NCBI GenBank assembly: GCA_965277315.1
Contig: OZ255724.1
Coordinates: forward strand, 819,731-883,730
Origin: Bryobacteraceae bacterium
Lineage (GTDB): Bacteria > Acidobacteriota > Terriglobia > Bryobacterales > Bryobacteraceae
Direction: 5' to 3'
DNA length: 64,000 nucleotides
The notes beneath the pieces are model-generated. The model saw only the letters and a program-made list of their open reading frames with translations, did not search any database and was not told the origin of the DNA. The translations under genes were made by a program, and so were the position numbers. This document shows positions 55,681 through 64,000 of this stretch, in pieces. The stretch's first letter is position 1, and each line of letters begins with the position of its first letter.

Positions 55681-57948
55681 GTGATTAATTTCACATCGAG
55701 ATCAAAACCATCAAGATCAAACCGATGTCTGGCTGCCTTGGCCATCGGCTGCCAGTTATTTCTAACAACAGCTTACTTGAAAGCGGCGACGCCAGCGGAT
55801 CCTTCTAAATGGATGCAAGTAATTTCGGACCAGATCGGCGGGGTTCCACTCCGGGCAATCGCCATGCCCGGCACCCACGATTCGGCCATGTACTACGGCA
55901 TGGCCGATGGCGACATTGCTAAAACCCAGACCGGCGATTTTACCTCTCAGCTAAACGCCGGCGCCCGCTGGTTGGATTTCCGCTATCTCTATCTCAATAA
56001 CACCACCTGTGGGACTGTCACCACCGGTTCCGAAACGCTCAAAACTTCGAATCACACCGGCTGGTATATGTTCGGCCACTCCAACAGGTGCATCAACATT
56101 CTCGTCTATGACGCATTGGCGCAGATATCCGCTTTCCTCCAAGCACACCCGCAGGAAATCATCACCCTGCGCATGGGGAAGGGGGGCGACAGTGTCACGG
56201 CCGCCCAGATTGCGGCCTTTCAACAGAGGGTTGTCCAAATTTTGACCAATCCTGCCACCGGCCAATCTTATGTATACAATGACCAGGTCGCCTGCAAGCT
56301 GGGCGGAGGAGAAGTGCAAAGCGATGGAACGTGCGACGATCCATTGGCCCCGATATCTCCACAGAACGTGACGCCGAACCAGCTCTGGTCAACCAGCGCC
56401 CGCGTGGTTCTCCTTGAATCCGATGGCCCATTCGTCGGTCCCCTGCTTGGATCGTGGTACGACAGCAATATCGAGGCGCAAGGCGGTTACTACGACCCAA
56501 CCGGCGGAACCTCCAATCCGGAGATCGAGTTGCAGTGGCTCGAGGTCGGTACGCCGGACGGCCATCCCGCCTTATTCGGAGATCATCCCGCGTATGCCAA
56601 TTGGACCTCCGATCCGAAGATGCTCTACTTATCGGCTTCCATGACACCCGGAGGAGCAGGAAATTTCACGCAGGGCGGACAGACACTAAGTGCAACTGGA
56701 ATATTCGTCGGTGTCAGTCCTGTATACCAAGCTGAAAGCTTCAATCCCATCCTTACGGGCGTCATCGAGAACAACCTCGGCGGTTATGACAAAGACGTTC
56801 TTCTCGCGGATCTTGGGCCAACTCAGGAAAACTGGACCCCCTACGATGTCAACGTCGTCGAAATGGACAATATCGCCTGCTGCGGGACCGCGGCGGCCGT
56901 CATCGGCATCAATGACCAGCAATGGCCAGCCTTGAACGCCGGCGTGAACGGCATTTCCGAGTTAGCCTCGGGTGGAGGATCCACCTATAAACTCGAGACC
57001 GCTACTCTCCCAGGGAACGACCCGGAATTAGATAAGTGGAGTGATGCGGCCCAGAGCTGGAGCCAAGTAACTCTCCTCGGGTATTACGCCCAAACCGGCG
57101 TGCGTGTGGCCGTCGATCCAGCGGGAAACCCTTGGGTGATCAGCTCATCGGGCCAGATTTCGCGTCAGATCTCAGTCGGCAACTGGACGAATGTAGGCAG
57201 TCTTTCGGCAACGGACATTGGTATTGGCGCGCAAGGGTCCGTCTGGGCTATTGGTCAGGATCATCTCGTTTATTTGTATAATCCAGCGGCAGGCCAATGG
57301 GCGCAGTATCCGGGGGTAACCGCTTCGCGCATCGCCGTCAATAACAACGGCCAGCCCTGGGTGGTCACTTCCGCGGGAACAATCTGCCAGTATACGGGCA
57401 CGTGGACGAATATCAGCGCGCCGTTTACAGCAAGCACACTTGCCGTGGGTCCTTCGAATGCTGTCTGGGCATTAGGAGCACTAGATCGCAGCGTTTGGAA
57501 ATATAATGGTTCCGGCTGGGATCAGTACAAGAATAGGGGCGTGGCTTTGTCGGTCGACTACGCCGGTTCACCCTGGGTCGCCGACACCCTCGGCCAACTC
57601 TTCAAGGGCAAGTTCCGCGATATCCTGCCGGACCCGCTTCCCCTGGCAACGAATGCATTCCCGGCCATTCGCATCCGCTCTGGTGTATCGTTTGCTGCCG
57701 TACTTGTGACAAACACAACGAAAGCCGTCCAGTCCGGACCTTTCTTCCTCGTACCCGTTGCACTAACTAATGGCGTTTCGCTGAAGAACTCTGCCGGTAC
57801 ATTCCATGGTCTTCCCTATGTCGTCGTACCGGTGGGGGGCGCGGGCTCTCTCCAGCCCGGCGAGTCGACGCTGGTTACTCTCACCTTTAACAATCCGTCG
57901 AATGGGTCAGTTTACTTCGATCCGATTGTCTTCCTGGGAAATGAGTAG
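55681..57948 (+). CDS. Secreted PI-PLC X-domain-like phosphodiesterase fused to tectonin-like beta-propeller repeats and a C-terminal beta-sandwich
   Basis: 755 aa with a GTG start and a signal peptide. 'MPGTHDSAMY' is a PI-PLC X-box-like catalytic His context. There are then 5-6 repeats of about 45 aa ('GNPWVISSSGQISRQ..W', 'GSVWAIGQDHLVYLYN...W', 'GQPWVVTSAGTICQY...W', 'NAVWALGALDRSVWKYNGSGW', 'GSPWVADTLGQLFKG'). Confidence 0.65.
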   Translation: MINFTSRSKPSRSNRCLAALAIGCQLFLTTAYLKAATPADPSKWMQVISDQIGGVPLRAIAMPGTHDSAMYYGMADGDIAKTQTGDFTSQLNAGARWLDFRYLYLNNTTCGTVTTGSETLKTSNHTGWYMFGHSNRCINILVYDALAQISAFLQAHPQEIITLRMGKGGDSVTAAQIAAFQQRVVQILTNPATGQSYVYNDQVACKLGGGEVQSDGTCDDPLAPISPQNVTPNQLWSTSARVVLLESDGPFVGPLLGSWYDSNIEAQGGYYDPTGGTSNPEIELQWLEVGTPDGHPALFGDHPAYANWTSDPKMLYLSASMTPGGAGNFTQGGQTLSATGIFVGVSPVYQAESFNPILTGVIENNLGGYDKDVLLADLGPTQENWTPYDVNVVEMDNIACCGTAAAVIGINDQQWPALNAGVNGISELASGGGSTYKLETATLPGNDPELDKWSDAAQSWSQVTLLGYYAQTGVRVAVDPAGNPWVISSSGQISRQISVGNWTNVGSLSATDIGIGAQGSVWAIGQDHLVYLYNPAAGQWAQYPGVTASRIAVNNNGQPWVVTSAGTICQYTGTWTNISAPFTASTLAVGPSNAVWALGALDRSVWKYNGSGWDQYKNRGVALSVDYAGSPWVADTLGQLFKGKFRDILPDPLPLATNAFPAIRIRSGVSFAAVLVTNTTKAVQSGPFFLVPVALTNGVSLKNSAGTFHGLPYVVVPVGGAGSLQPGESTLVTLTFNNPSNGSVYFDPIVFLGNE

Positions 57949-58318
57949 GAAATTTATTCCGTTAATGTGCTGTAGACCTGGCATTACCGCAGTCCTGGTC
58001 TAGGGACATCGGAGTCGTTCTCACCGGGCAGTTAGAGTAAGGTTGCGTGCCTTTACCCTTCCTGCTCAGGAACGACTTCGATGTCCAGTCTAGGACAAGG
58101 ACACTCTCGAAAAACTGTTGCCATGCCGGGGCGAGGCGACACGATTTTTCATCCCTCCTTGTGTCGCACGCCGCGGCATGGCAACAATCCCTGTTTTTCA
58201 ACAAACTCCTGGTAAACTTGCCCCGCAGGTTTTGGCGTAATAACTATGGCTTGTTTACGTCTAGGTACTGCTGTGACAAGTGTATGAAGTAAGCTCATAC
58301 AACGGGAGGTTTGTTGGA

Positions 58319-59572
58319 ATGGAATTGCGTGTTTTAGCATTCGTGCTGGCGGGCGGCAAGGGGACGCGGCTGTCTCCACTGACGAAGGAGCGAGCCAAGC
58401 CCGCGGTTCCTTTTGGCGGCCGCTATCGAATCGTCGATTTCGTTCTCAGCAACTTGATCAATTCGGGGATCTATTCGACCTACGTTCTGATTCAGTTCAA
58501 GAGCCAATCGCTGCTGCAGCATCTTCGGGAGGGATGGGAAGTGAGCGGGTTGTTGAGGAACAATTTCATCATCCCGGTTCCAGCGCAGATGCGATCGCCA
58601 CACGAGGACTGGTACCGCGGAACGGCGGATGCGATCTACCAGAACATCAACTTAATCGAGCAGGCCGACCCGCATGTCGTGGTAATTTTTGGCGCGGACC
58701 ATATCTATCGCATGAATATTCGCCAGATGGTGGAGTATCACGTGGAAAAACGGGCCGGGGCGACGATTGCGGCGATTCCAGTGGAGAAACAGTATGCCTC
58801 CGAGTTTGGCGTGATTGAAACGGTGCCAGGCGGGGCTATTCGAGGCTTTCACGAGAAAAAAAAGGATGCGCCGACGATGCCGGGCGACCCTTCGCGCGTG
58901 TATGCGTCGATGGGCAACTATATCTTTTCGACCGATCTGCTGCTACGGGAGCTTTACGCCGATGCGCAAAGGAAGGAGAGTGCGCACGACTTCGGGAAAG
59001 ATATTTTACCCGGACTAATTGGCCGCGCCGACATGTACGCCTACGATTTTCAGACCAACGTAATACCCGGCGACCCAATCGGATCGCCGCAGTATTGGCG
59101 CGACGTGGGCACGTTAGATGCTTATTACGAGGCAAGCATGGACCTGCGGGCGGTTTCACCGGAATTGAACCTTTATAACAGGCAGTGGCCGTTGCGGACA
59201 GCGAGCTATTCGGACGCGCCGGCCAAGTTCGTGTTCGATGAAGAAGGGCGGCGTGGCTTGGCGGTGGATTCTATTATCGCGGGCAGTTCGATTGTTTCTG
59301 GCGGGTACGTCAAGGGGTCAATTATTGGCCGGGGCGTACGGGTACATACGGGCGCAGTAGTGGAGGACTCCGTCTTGTTCGACAACTGCGACATTGGGCG
59401 GAGGGCAAAGGTTCGGAAGGCGATCTTGGATAAAAATGTGAAGATTGCTCCCGACGAAGAGATCGGCTACAATCTGGAGCGAGATCGGGAGAAGTATCAT
59501 GTGACCGATAGCGGGATTGTGGTGGTGGAAGGATACCGCTCGACTGTGGATGTCTCGACGTTGCAGGTTTAG
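58319..59572 (+). CDS. glgC: Glucose-1-phosphate adenylyltransferase
   Basis: 'LAFVLAGGKGTRLSPLTKERAKPAVPFGGRYRIVDF', with a GGGAGG RBS upstream of ATG 58319. Confidence 0.93.
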   Translation: MELRVLAFVLAGGKGTRLSPLTKERAKPAVPFGGRYRIVDFVLSNLINSGIYSTYVLIQFKSQSLLQHLREGWEVSGLLRNNFIIPVPAQMRSPHEDWYRGTADAIYQNINLIEQADPHVVVIFGADHIYRMNIRQMVEYHVEKRAGATIAAIPVEKQYASEFGVIETVPGGAIRGFHEKKKDAPTMPGDPSRVYASMGNYIFSTDLLLRELYADAQRKESAHDFGKDILPGLIGRADMYAYDFQTNVIPGDPIGSPQYWRDVGTLDAYYEASMDLRAVSPELNLYNRQWPLRTASYSDAPAKFVFDEEGRRGLAVDSIIAGSSIVSGGYVKGSIIGRGVRVHTGAVVEDSVLFDNCDIGRRAKVRKAILDKNVKIAPDEEIGYNLERDREKYHVTDSGIVVVEGYRSTVDVSTLQV

Positions 59573-59649
59573 GGGAGATTAGTCGCCGTAGGCTTCGCGG
59601 CGATTAGTCACGCGCGGCCTTAACCTCTGTTATGCGGCGTGTCATGAAA

Positions 59650-61332
59650 TCAGGATAGCTTGTTCTGAGTACGTAGCGACAGCAGCACCCCGACGGCCAC
59701 GACAACGACGCTGCCGATCACGTTGTACCAGAGGAATGAAATCTGCGTGAAAGTGGCGGTGGCGAAGATGGCGAGTTCGCCCGCGATCACGCCGGTGAAC
59801 GTGGCTGTTCCGCCTACGCGCTTGAAGAAAAATGCGAGCACAAAAGCTCCAAGCAGGCCTCCGTAGAAGAGCGATCCGACGATGTTCACGCGCACAATCA
59901 GAGGGCCAAACCCACGAGATCCAATAGCAGCGAAGGCAATGGCATAGCAGCCCCAAAAAACGGTAAACCAGCGGGAGGCAAACAGGTAGTGGCGGTCGCT
60001 TTTGCCGCGGACGATAAAGCGGCGGTAAATATCGACAACGGAAACGGTTGCAAGAGAATTGATCTCGCCGGAGGTGGAACCCATGGATGCCGAAAAGATC
60101 ACTCCAATAAGTAGGCCGACGAGGCCCACGGGCAGGTAGGATTTCACGAAGGAAAGAAAGATGTAGTTCGCATCCTCGAACTTGCCCCCACCGTTCAGGT
60201 TTGCGACGATCTGAAGGGCGTTGCGGCGGGTGCGTTCGAAGGCCGTTTGCGATTGCCGGAAGCGGGAAAGCGCGGCAGTCTGTTCGACAGGCGACCTTTT
60301 GTTCGCTGCGGCCAACGCGTAGGCGGCTTGGCGGCGGGCTTGGAAGGCATGATCGTAGTCGAGTTTCGCGGGCCTCCAAGCAGCGGTTTGGGCGGCGCGG
60401 TGCGCTTGGACGGGCTGAAAGATCATGGGGGGCGCCTGGAACAGATACAGAACAAAGACCATAGCGCCGATGAACAGAATGAACGCCTGCATGGGAATCT
60501 TCACAACGGCGTTAAAGAGCAGGCTGACACGGCTCTGGTCGATGGATTTCCCGGTGAGATAGCGCTGCACCTGACTTTGATCGCAACCAAAATAGGCGAG
60601 CGCAAGAAAGGCTCCGCCAATGAGCCCGCTCCAGATGTTATAGCGGTCACTCCAGTCGAAATGAAACGTAATGGGATTGATACGGCCGGCTTCGCGCGCC
60701 AGATGAAAGGCGTCCCCAAATGAAATCTGGTGGGGCAGCGCATGAACGGCGGCGATGAGACTGATGACCAATGCGACAAAAATCATGGTCATCTGCTGAA
60801 CGTCGGCCCAAGTGAGGGCTTTAATGCCGCCGGTGGCCGTGTAGGTGATGACGAGGGCTCCAATCAGAACGGTGATGAGGCGGTCGGACCAGCCAAGGAC
60901 GGCGGAAAGGGCGACGGCCGGCGCGTAGAGACCGATACCAGCGGCGAGTCCCCGCTGGACGAGAAAGATAGCGCTGACTAGGGCGCGCGTTTTGGCGTCG
61001 AAGCGCTGTTCCAGGTATTCATAGGCGGTGTAAACTTTTGCGCGGTGAAAAATGGGAACGGCGGTGAAGGACAGAATCACCATGGCGATAGGCAACCCGA
61101 AATAAAACTGGACAAAGCCCATTCCGTCGATGTAGCCCTGACCGGTGGTGGAGATGAAGGTGATGGCGCTGGCCTGCGTCGCCAGAATCGAGAGGCCCAT
61201 GGCGTACCAGGGCATGGATTTACCGGCAAGCAAGTACTTATCGACGCTATTACTGCCGCGGCCGCGATAAAGGCCGTAGCTGACGAGGAAAATGAGCCAG
61301 GTGAAAAGGACCACCCAATCGAGCGGTCTCAT
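59650..61332 (-). CDS. Sodium:solute symporter family transporter
   Basis: About 560 aa with about 13 hydrophobic segments and 'YLLAGKSMPWYAMGLSILATQASAITFIS'. ATG 61332 overlaps the cutC stop (ATGA). The ORF-track start 61521 would overlap cutC by 190 nt. Confidence 0.8.
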   Translation of the reverse strand: MRPLDWVVLFTWLIFLVSYGLYRGRGSNSVDKYLLAGKSMPWYAMGLSILATQASAITFISTTGQGYIDGMGFVQFYFGLPIAMVILSFTAVPIFHRAKVYTAYEYLEQRFDAKTRALVSAIFLVQRGLAAGIGLYAPAVALSAVLGWSDRLITVLIGALVITYTATGGIKALTWADVQQMTMIFVALVISLIAAVHALPHQISFGDAFHLAREAGRINPITFHFDWSDRYNIWSGLIGGAFLALAYFGCDQSQVQRYLTGKSIDQSRVSLLFNAVVKIPMQAFILFIGAMVFVLYLFQAPPMIFQPVQAHRAAQTAAWRPAKLDYDHAFQARRQAAYALAAANKRSPVEQTAALSRFRQSQTAFERTRRNALQIVANLNGGGKFEDANYIFLSFVKSYLPVGLVGLLIGVIFSASMGSTSGEINSLATVSVVDIYRRFIVRGKSDRHYLFASRWFTVFWGCYAIAFAAIGSRGFGPLIVRVNIVGSLFYGGLLGAFVLAFFFKRVGGTATFTGVIAGELAIFATATFTQISFLWYNVIGSVVVVAVGVLLSLRTQNKLS

Positions 61333-62027
61333 GCCAGAGCGTGTTTGAGAGCCGCTACCTGAGCGCGGCCGAGGACGCCTGAAGGAAGGGGCGGATTGCG
61401 GGCGGCGCGTCCGGCATGGAATTCGGTAAACGCCGGATCCGTAGCAAATTCGGAGAGAAGAGGCGCGGTAAGGCCACCGCCGACGACGATCTTGATTTGC
61501 GGGGCAGCCGCTTTCTGCCAAGCACGCAAGCGTTCTTTCCGAACATCCCAGGATCCTTCTCCGCCGTTGGTCAGGATGCGATCGACTTGTGTGAAGTGCT
61601 TCAGTTGTTCGATGGCCTCGAAGGGCTCATGGAGGTGCTCAAAGGCTCGGTGAAAAGTGGCTTGTACGTTTGGAACCGCGGAGAGAATGTGCTTGAGGAG
61701 ATCGCGGTCGAGGGCGCCGTGTTTGATAAAGCCGAGTATTAGTCCCTCGATCCTGGCTCGCGCGAAGGCCTCGGCTTTGGTCAGCAAGCGGGTGATCTCA
61801 CGCTGGTCCCCAAGCTCGAACGAGGGCGAATCGCGAAGAATGACGCGAACGGGAATAGAAACAGCGCGCAGGACATCCTCGACGACTTCCGGGGCGGGAG
61901 TGAGGCCTTCATCTTCGAGTGAATGGGCCAATTCAAGCCGGTCCGCACCGCCCTCCTGGGCATCGCGAGCTTCCTTAGCGGATGTAACAATTACTTCCAG
62001 CGTTTTCGTCATCGAATACAGACGCAT
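61329..62027 (-). CDS. cutC: Copper homeostasis protein CutC family
   Basis: 232 aa with 'LEVIVTSAKEARDAQEGGADRLEL', 'PVRVILR' and 'ILTNGG'. Confidence 0.8.
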   Translation of the reverse strand: MRLYSMTKTLEVIVTSAKEARDAQEGGADRLELAHSLEDEGLTPAPEVVEDVLRAVSIPVRVILRDSPSFELGDQREITRLLTKAEAFARARIEGLILGFIKHGALDRDLLKHILSAVPNVQATFHRAFEHLHEPFEAIEQLKHFTQVDRILTNGGEGSWDVRKERLRAWQKAAAPQIKIVVGGGLTAPLLSEFATDPAFTEFHAGRAARNPPLPSGVLGRAQVAALKHALA

Positions 62028-62154
62028 TCTAGCGTGATGCTAAGAGATGAGGACGTCAAAAGCAGACCTATGTGTAGTTTCGTTCACAAAGCCCGCAATA
62101 TCGCCAGTGGCGAGGGTGCGTTGCATAGAGTAGGCTAAAAGTTTTGATTTTAAT

Positions 62155-63657
62155 ATGGATTCGGCTGACGGCAAGCAGGTTTCGCATGAAAATGCGCTCA
62201 CAAAGAGAAAAATTGCGCTATCGGCTACACTGGAAACCGTGGGAAACCAAGCCACACGCTCCTCTATTAACGTTCTGATTGTGGATGACGAAGAGTCACA
62301 ACGCACTCCGCTGGCCGCGATGATTTCGGCTTGGGGGTACAACGTGGACACGGCATCCGATGGCCAAGAAGCTCTAGACAAACTGACTTCATTTACCGCA
62401 AATGTAATTGTCACCGACTTGATGATGCCGCGCATGGACGGCTTTGAATTGATGAAGCGCCTTGGAACGGACGGCAACATGCCTCCGGCCATTGTTCTGA
62501 CAGCATTTGGAAACATTGAAACCGCGATCCAGACGATGCATGAGTTGGGAGCGTATTGGTTCTTAGAAAAGCCGATTCAGCCTGCCGCCTTGCGAGTATT
62601 GCTGGAGCGCGCCGCCTCACAAAGCAAGCTAGTGGAAGAAACGGACCGGCTGAACCGGCAGCTTGCCTACCAGGGCGTGCTGGTGGATATGGTGGGCATG
62701 TCGCCGCAAATGCAGCAGGTGTTTTCGACCATTCGTCAAGTAGCGCCAAGCCGAGCGGCGATTCTAGTCGTGGGTGAGAGCGGTACCGGGAAAGAACTAG
62801 TGGCACGGGCAGTTCATCAGTTGAGCAACCGGCGTGGGGGCCCTTTTGTGGCTATTAACTGTGCGGCAATGCCGGAGACGTTGATGGAAAGCGAGCTGTT
62901 CGGGCACGAAAAAGGTGCGTTCACAGGCGCGCTGGAACGAAGGGCTGGCTGTTTTGAGCTGGCGCAGCATGGGACGCTTCTACTGGACGAATTGGCCGAG
63001 ATGCCGGCCGGTACGCAGGCGAAGCTGCTGCGCGTGCTGGAGGACTCGCGCGTGCGGCGGCTGGGCGGCAAAAGCGAAATTTCGGTTGATGTGCGAGTGA
63101 TTGCCGCAACCAATCGAAACCTGGACGACGCTTTGAAGAAGGGCGACTTGCGCGAGGATCTGTTTTACCGGCTGAATGTGTTTCAGATCCCGCTTCCTCC
63201 TTTACGGACGCGCGTGGGAGATCTGCCGGTACTGACCGAAACATTGATCACTCATCTGAATCGGAAGCACTCCTGCAACATTACTTATGTAAATCCGGAA
63301 GTGATGGAGGCCTTCAAGAAATACAATTGGCCCGGCAATGTTCGCGAACTGCGGAATGTGCTGGAACGGGCGGTGATTGTGGCTGGTGAAGGGGCGATTC
63401 AGATGACGCATTTGCCGTACGATTTCGGCGTTCAGGTGGGATCCCGGCCGCCAGCGCAGGTGTTTGAGCCCGAGAGCGTGCGACTGCAGGTCGGCACCAC
63501 GGTGGGGGATGCCGAGAAGGCGCTGATTCAATTGACGCTGCAGCATACGAAGAACAACAAGACGAGGGCGGCTGAAATTCTGGGGATCAGTTTGAAGACG
63601 CTGTTCAACAAGTTAAAGGAATATGGCGCGTCGGATGGCATCGAGGCGAGCGCTTAG
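62155..63657 (+). CDS. Sigma-54-dependent response regulator (NtrC/AtoC family: receiver + AAA+ + Fis HTH)
   Basis: The receiver domain has 'VLIVDDEE...DLMMPRMDG'. The AAA+ domain has Walker A 'GESGTGKE' and 'GAFTGA' in 'HEKGAFTGALERR'. The C-terminal HTH is 'NKTRAAEILGISLKTLFNKLKEYG'. Confidence 0.9.
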   Translation: MDSADGKQVSHENALTKRKIALSATLETVGNQATRSSINVLIVDDEESQRTPLAAMISAWGYNVDTASDGQEALDKLTSFTANVIVTDLMMPRMDGFELMKRLGTDGNMPPAIVLTAFGNIETAIQTMHELGAYWFLEKPIQPAALRVLLERAASQSKLVEETDRLNRQLAYQGVLVDMVGMSPQMQQVFSTIRQVAPSRAAILVVGESGTGKELVARAVHQLSNRRGGPFVAINCAAMPETLMESELFGHEKGAFTGALERRAGCFELAQHGTLLLDELAEMPAGTQAKLLRVLEDSRVRRLGGKSEISVDVRVIAATNRNLDDALKKGDLREDLFYRLNVFQIPLPPLRTRVGDLPVLTETLITHLNRKHSCNITYVNPEVMEAFKKYNWPGNVRELRNVLERAVIVAGEGAIQMTHLPYDFGVQVGSRPPAQVFEPESVRLQVGTTVGDAEKALIQLTLQHTKNNKTRAAEILGISLKTLFNKLKEYGASDGIEASA

Positions 63658-63822
63658 GGATCGCACTGTAGCACTATCCGGTCCGGAAGGGGAAATGAGG
63701 CAGAGGAAATGTTTTAGCTCCGAGACAGAGCTTCAGGTCAACCGAGTTCATCGTCGTCCAGGCCGACCATCAAAAACGATATCCCAGCTGAATGGCGATT
63801 CGGAGTTAATGCATGCCCTGCC

Positions 63823-64000
63823 TTATGACGACCCGTTCCCGTTGCTCCAAATTATGCGCCGACGACCCGTTATTAGCAGCGTTAAGGAAATAGAGCCCGC
63901 TGCTAAGATCGCCCACGACGCCGGCTCCGGCACCGCTTCCAATTCCGGCACGGCTCCATTCACGCCAACATCTAGCTGCACAATGCTTCCTGGCTGCTGG
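63823..64000 (-). CDS. C-terminal end of a PEP-CTERM-anchored protein (5' part lies outside the window)
   Basis: This is not on the ORF track because there is no Met in the window. The minus-strand frame is open from nt 63999 to TAA (63825-63823) and reads '...VNGAVPELEAVPEPASWAILAAGSISLTLLITGRRRIIWSNGNGSS*'. That is PEP, a hydrophobic helix and an Arg cluster. Confidence 0.6.
   Translation of the reverse strand, partial: QQPGSIVQLDVGVNGAVPELEAVPEPASWAILAAGSISLTLLITGRRRIIWSNGNGSS

Overview
This is a 64-kb chromosomal window. By gene content it most resembles an Acidobacteriota (Terriglobia-like) genome. That is an inference from an ADOP-type permease relic, an ECF sigma factor paired with a Ser/Thr kinase, a PEP-CTERM tail, Tat-leader sugar enzymes and many beta-propeller or Ig-domain surface proteins.

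Content: I call about 50 protein-coding loci and one tRNA-Gln(UUG). I found no rRNA, CRISPR array, transposase, integrase or recognisable phage genes.

Housekeeping backbone: glyA, proS, asnS, rocF, ggt, rpsT, smpB, pepA, glgC, cutC and ahpD. Several neighbours are translationally coupled through ATGA or GTGA overlaps.

Accessory or unusual parts:
- A putative periplasmic oxidation locus at 1.5-7.4 kb, with a Tat-leader enolase-superfamily dehydratase, a dihaem cytochrome c, a PQQ dehydrogenase and two aldo/keto reductases.
- A 2,062-bp OmpA-like gene cassette present twice. The copies differ at 2 nt and are separated by a unique 128-bp spacer (24.05-28.30 kb).
- A 1,476-aa surface protein whose 3' two-thirds are three ~0.93-kb repeats. 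The third repeat is a mosaic of the first two.
- A perfect in-frame 27-bp x3 tandem repeat inside a beta-propeller glycosidase-like gene.
- Two convergent, paralogous GntR-ABC modules, both with damaged ATPase genes.
- ahpC disrupted by two +1 frameshifts, next to an intact ahpD.
- A secretin plus two pseudopilins beside the tRNA, with no ATPase or platform gene in the window. The secretin carries a (Gly-Thr)15 insert and a proline-rich tail.
- An ECF-sigma and Ser/Thr-kinase pair divergent from a PI-PLC-X/tectonin-repeat secreted protein.
- An NtrC-type regulator convergent with a PEP-CTERM protein at the window edge.

I do not see a clear, self-contained new multi-gene system. The best leads are the repeat and duplication structures and the ECF-kinase/PLC-lectin neighbourhood. 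Several apparent pseudogenes rest on single-base homopolymer indels and could be sequencing errors. All calls come from reading the sequence and ORF translations; no database search was run.
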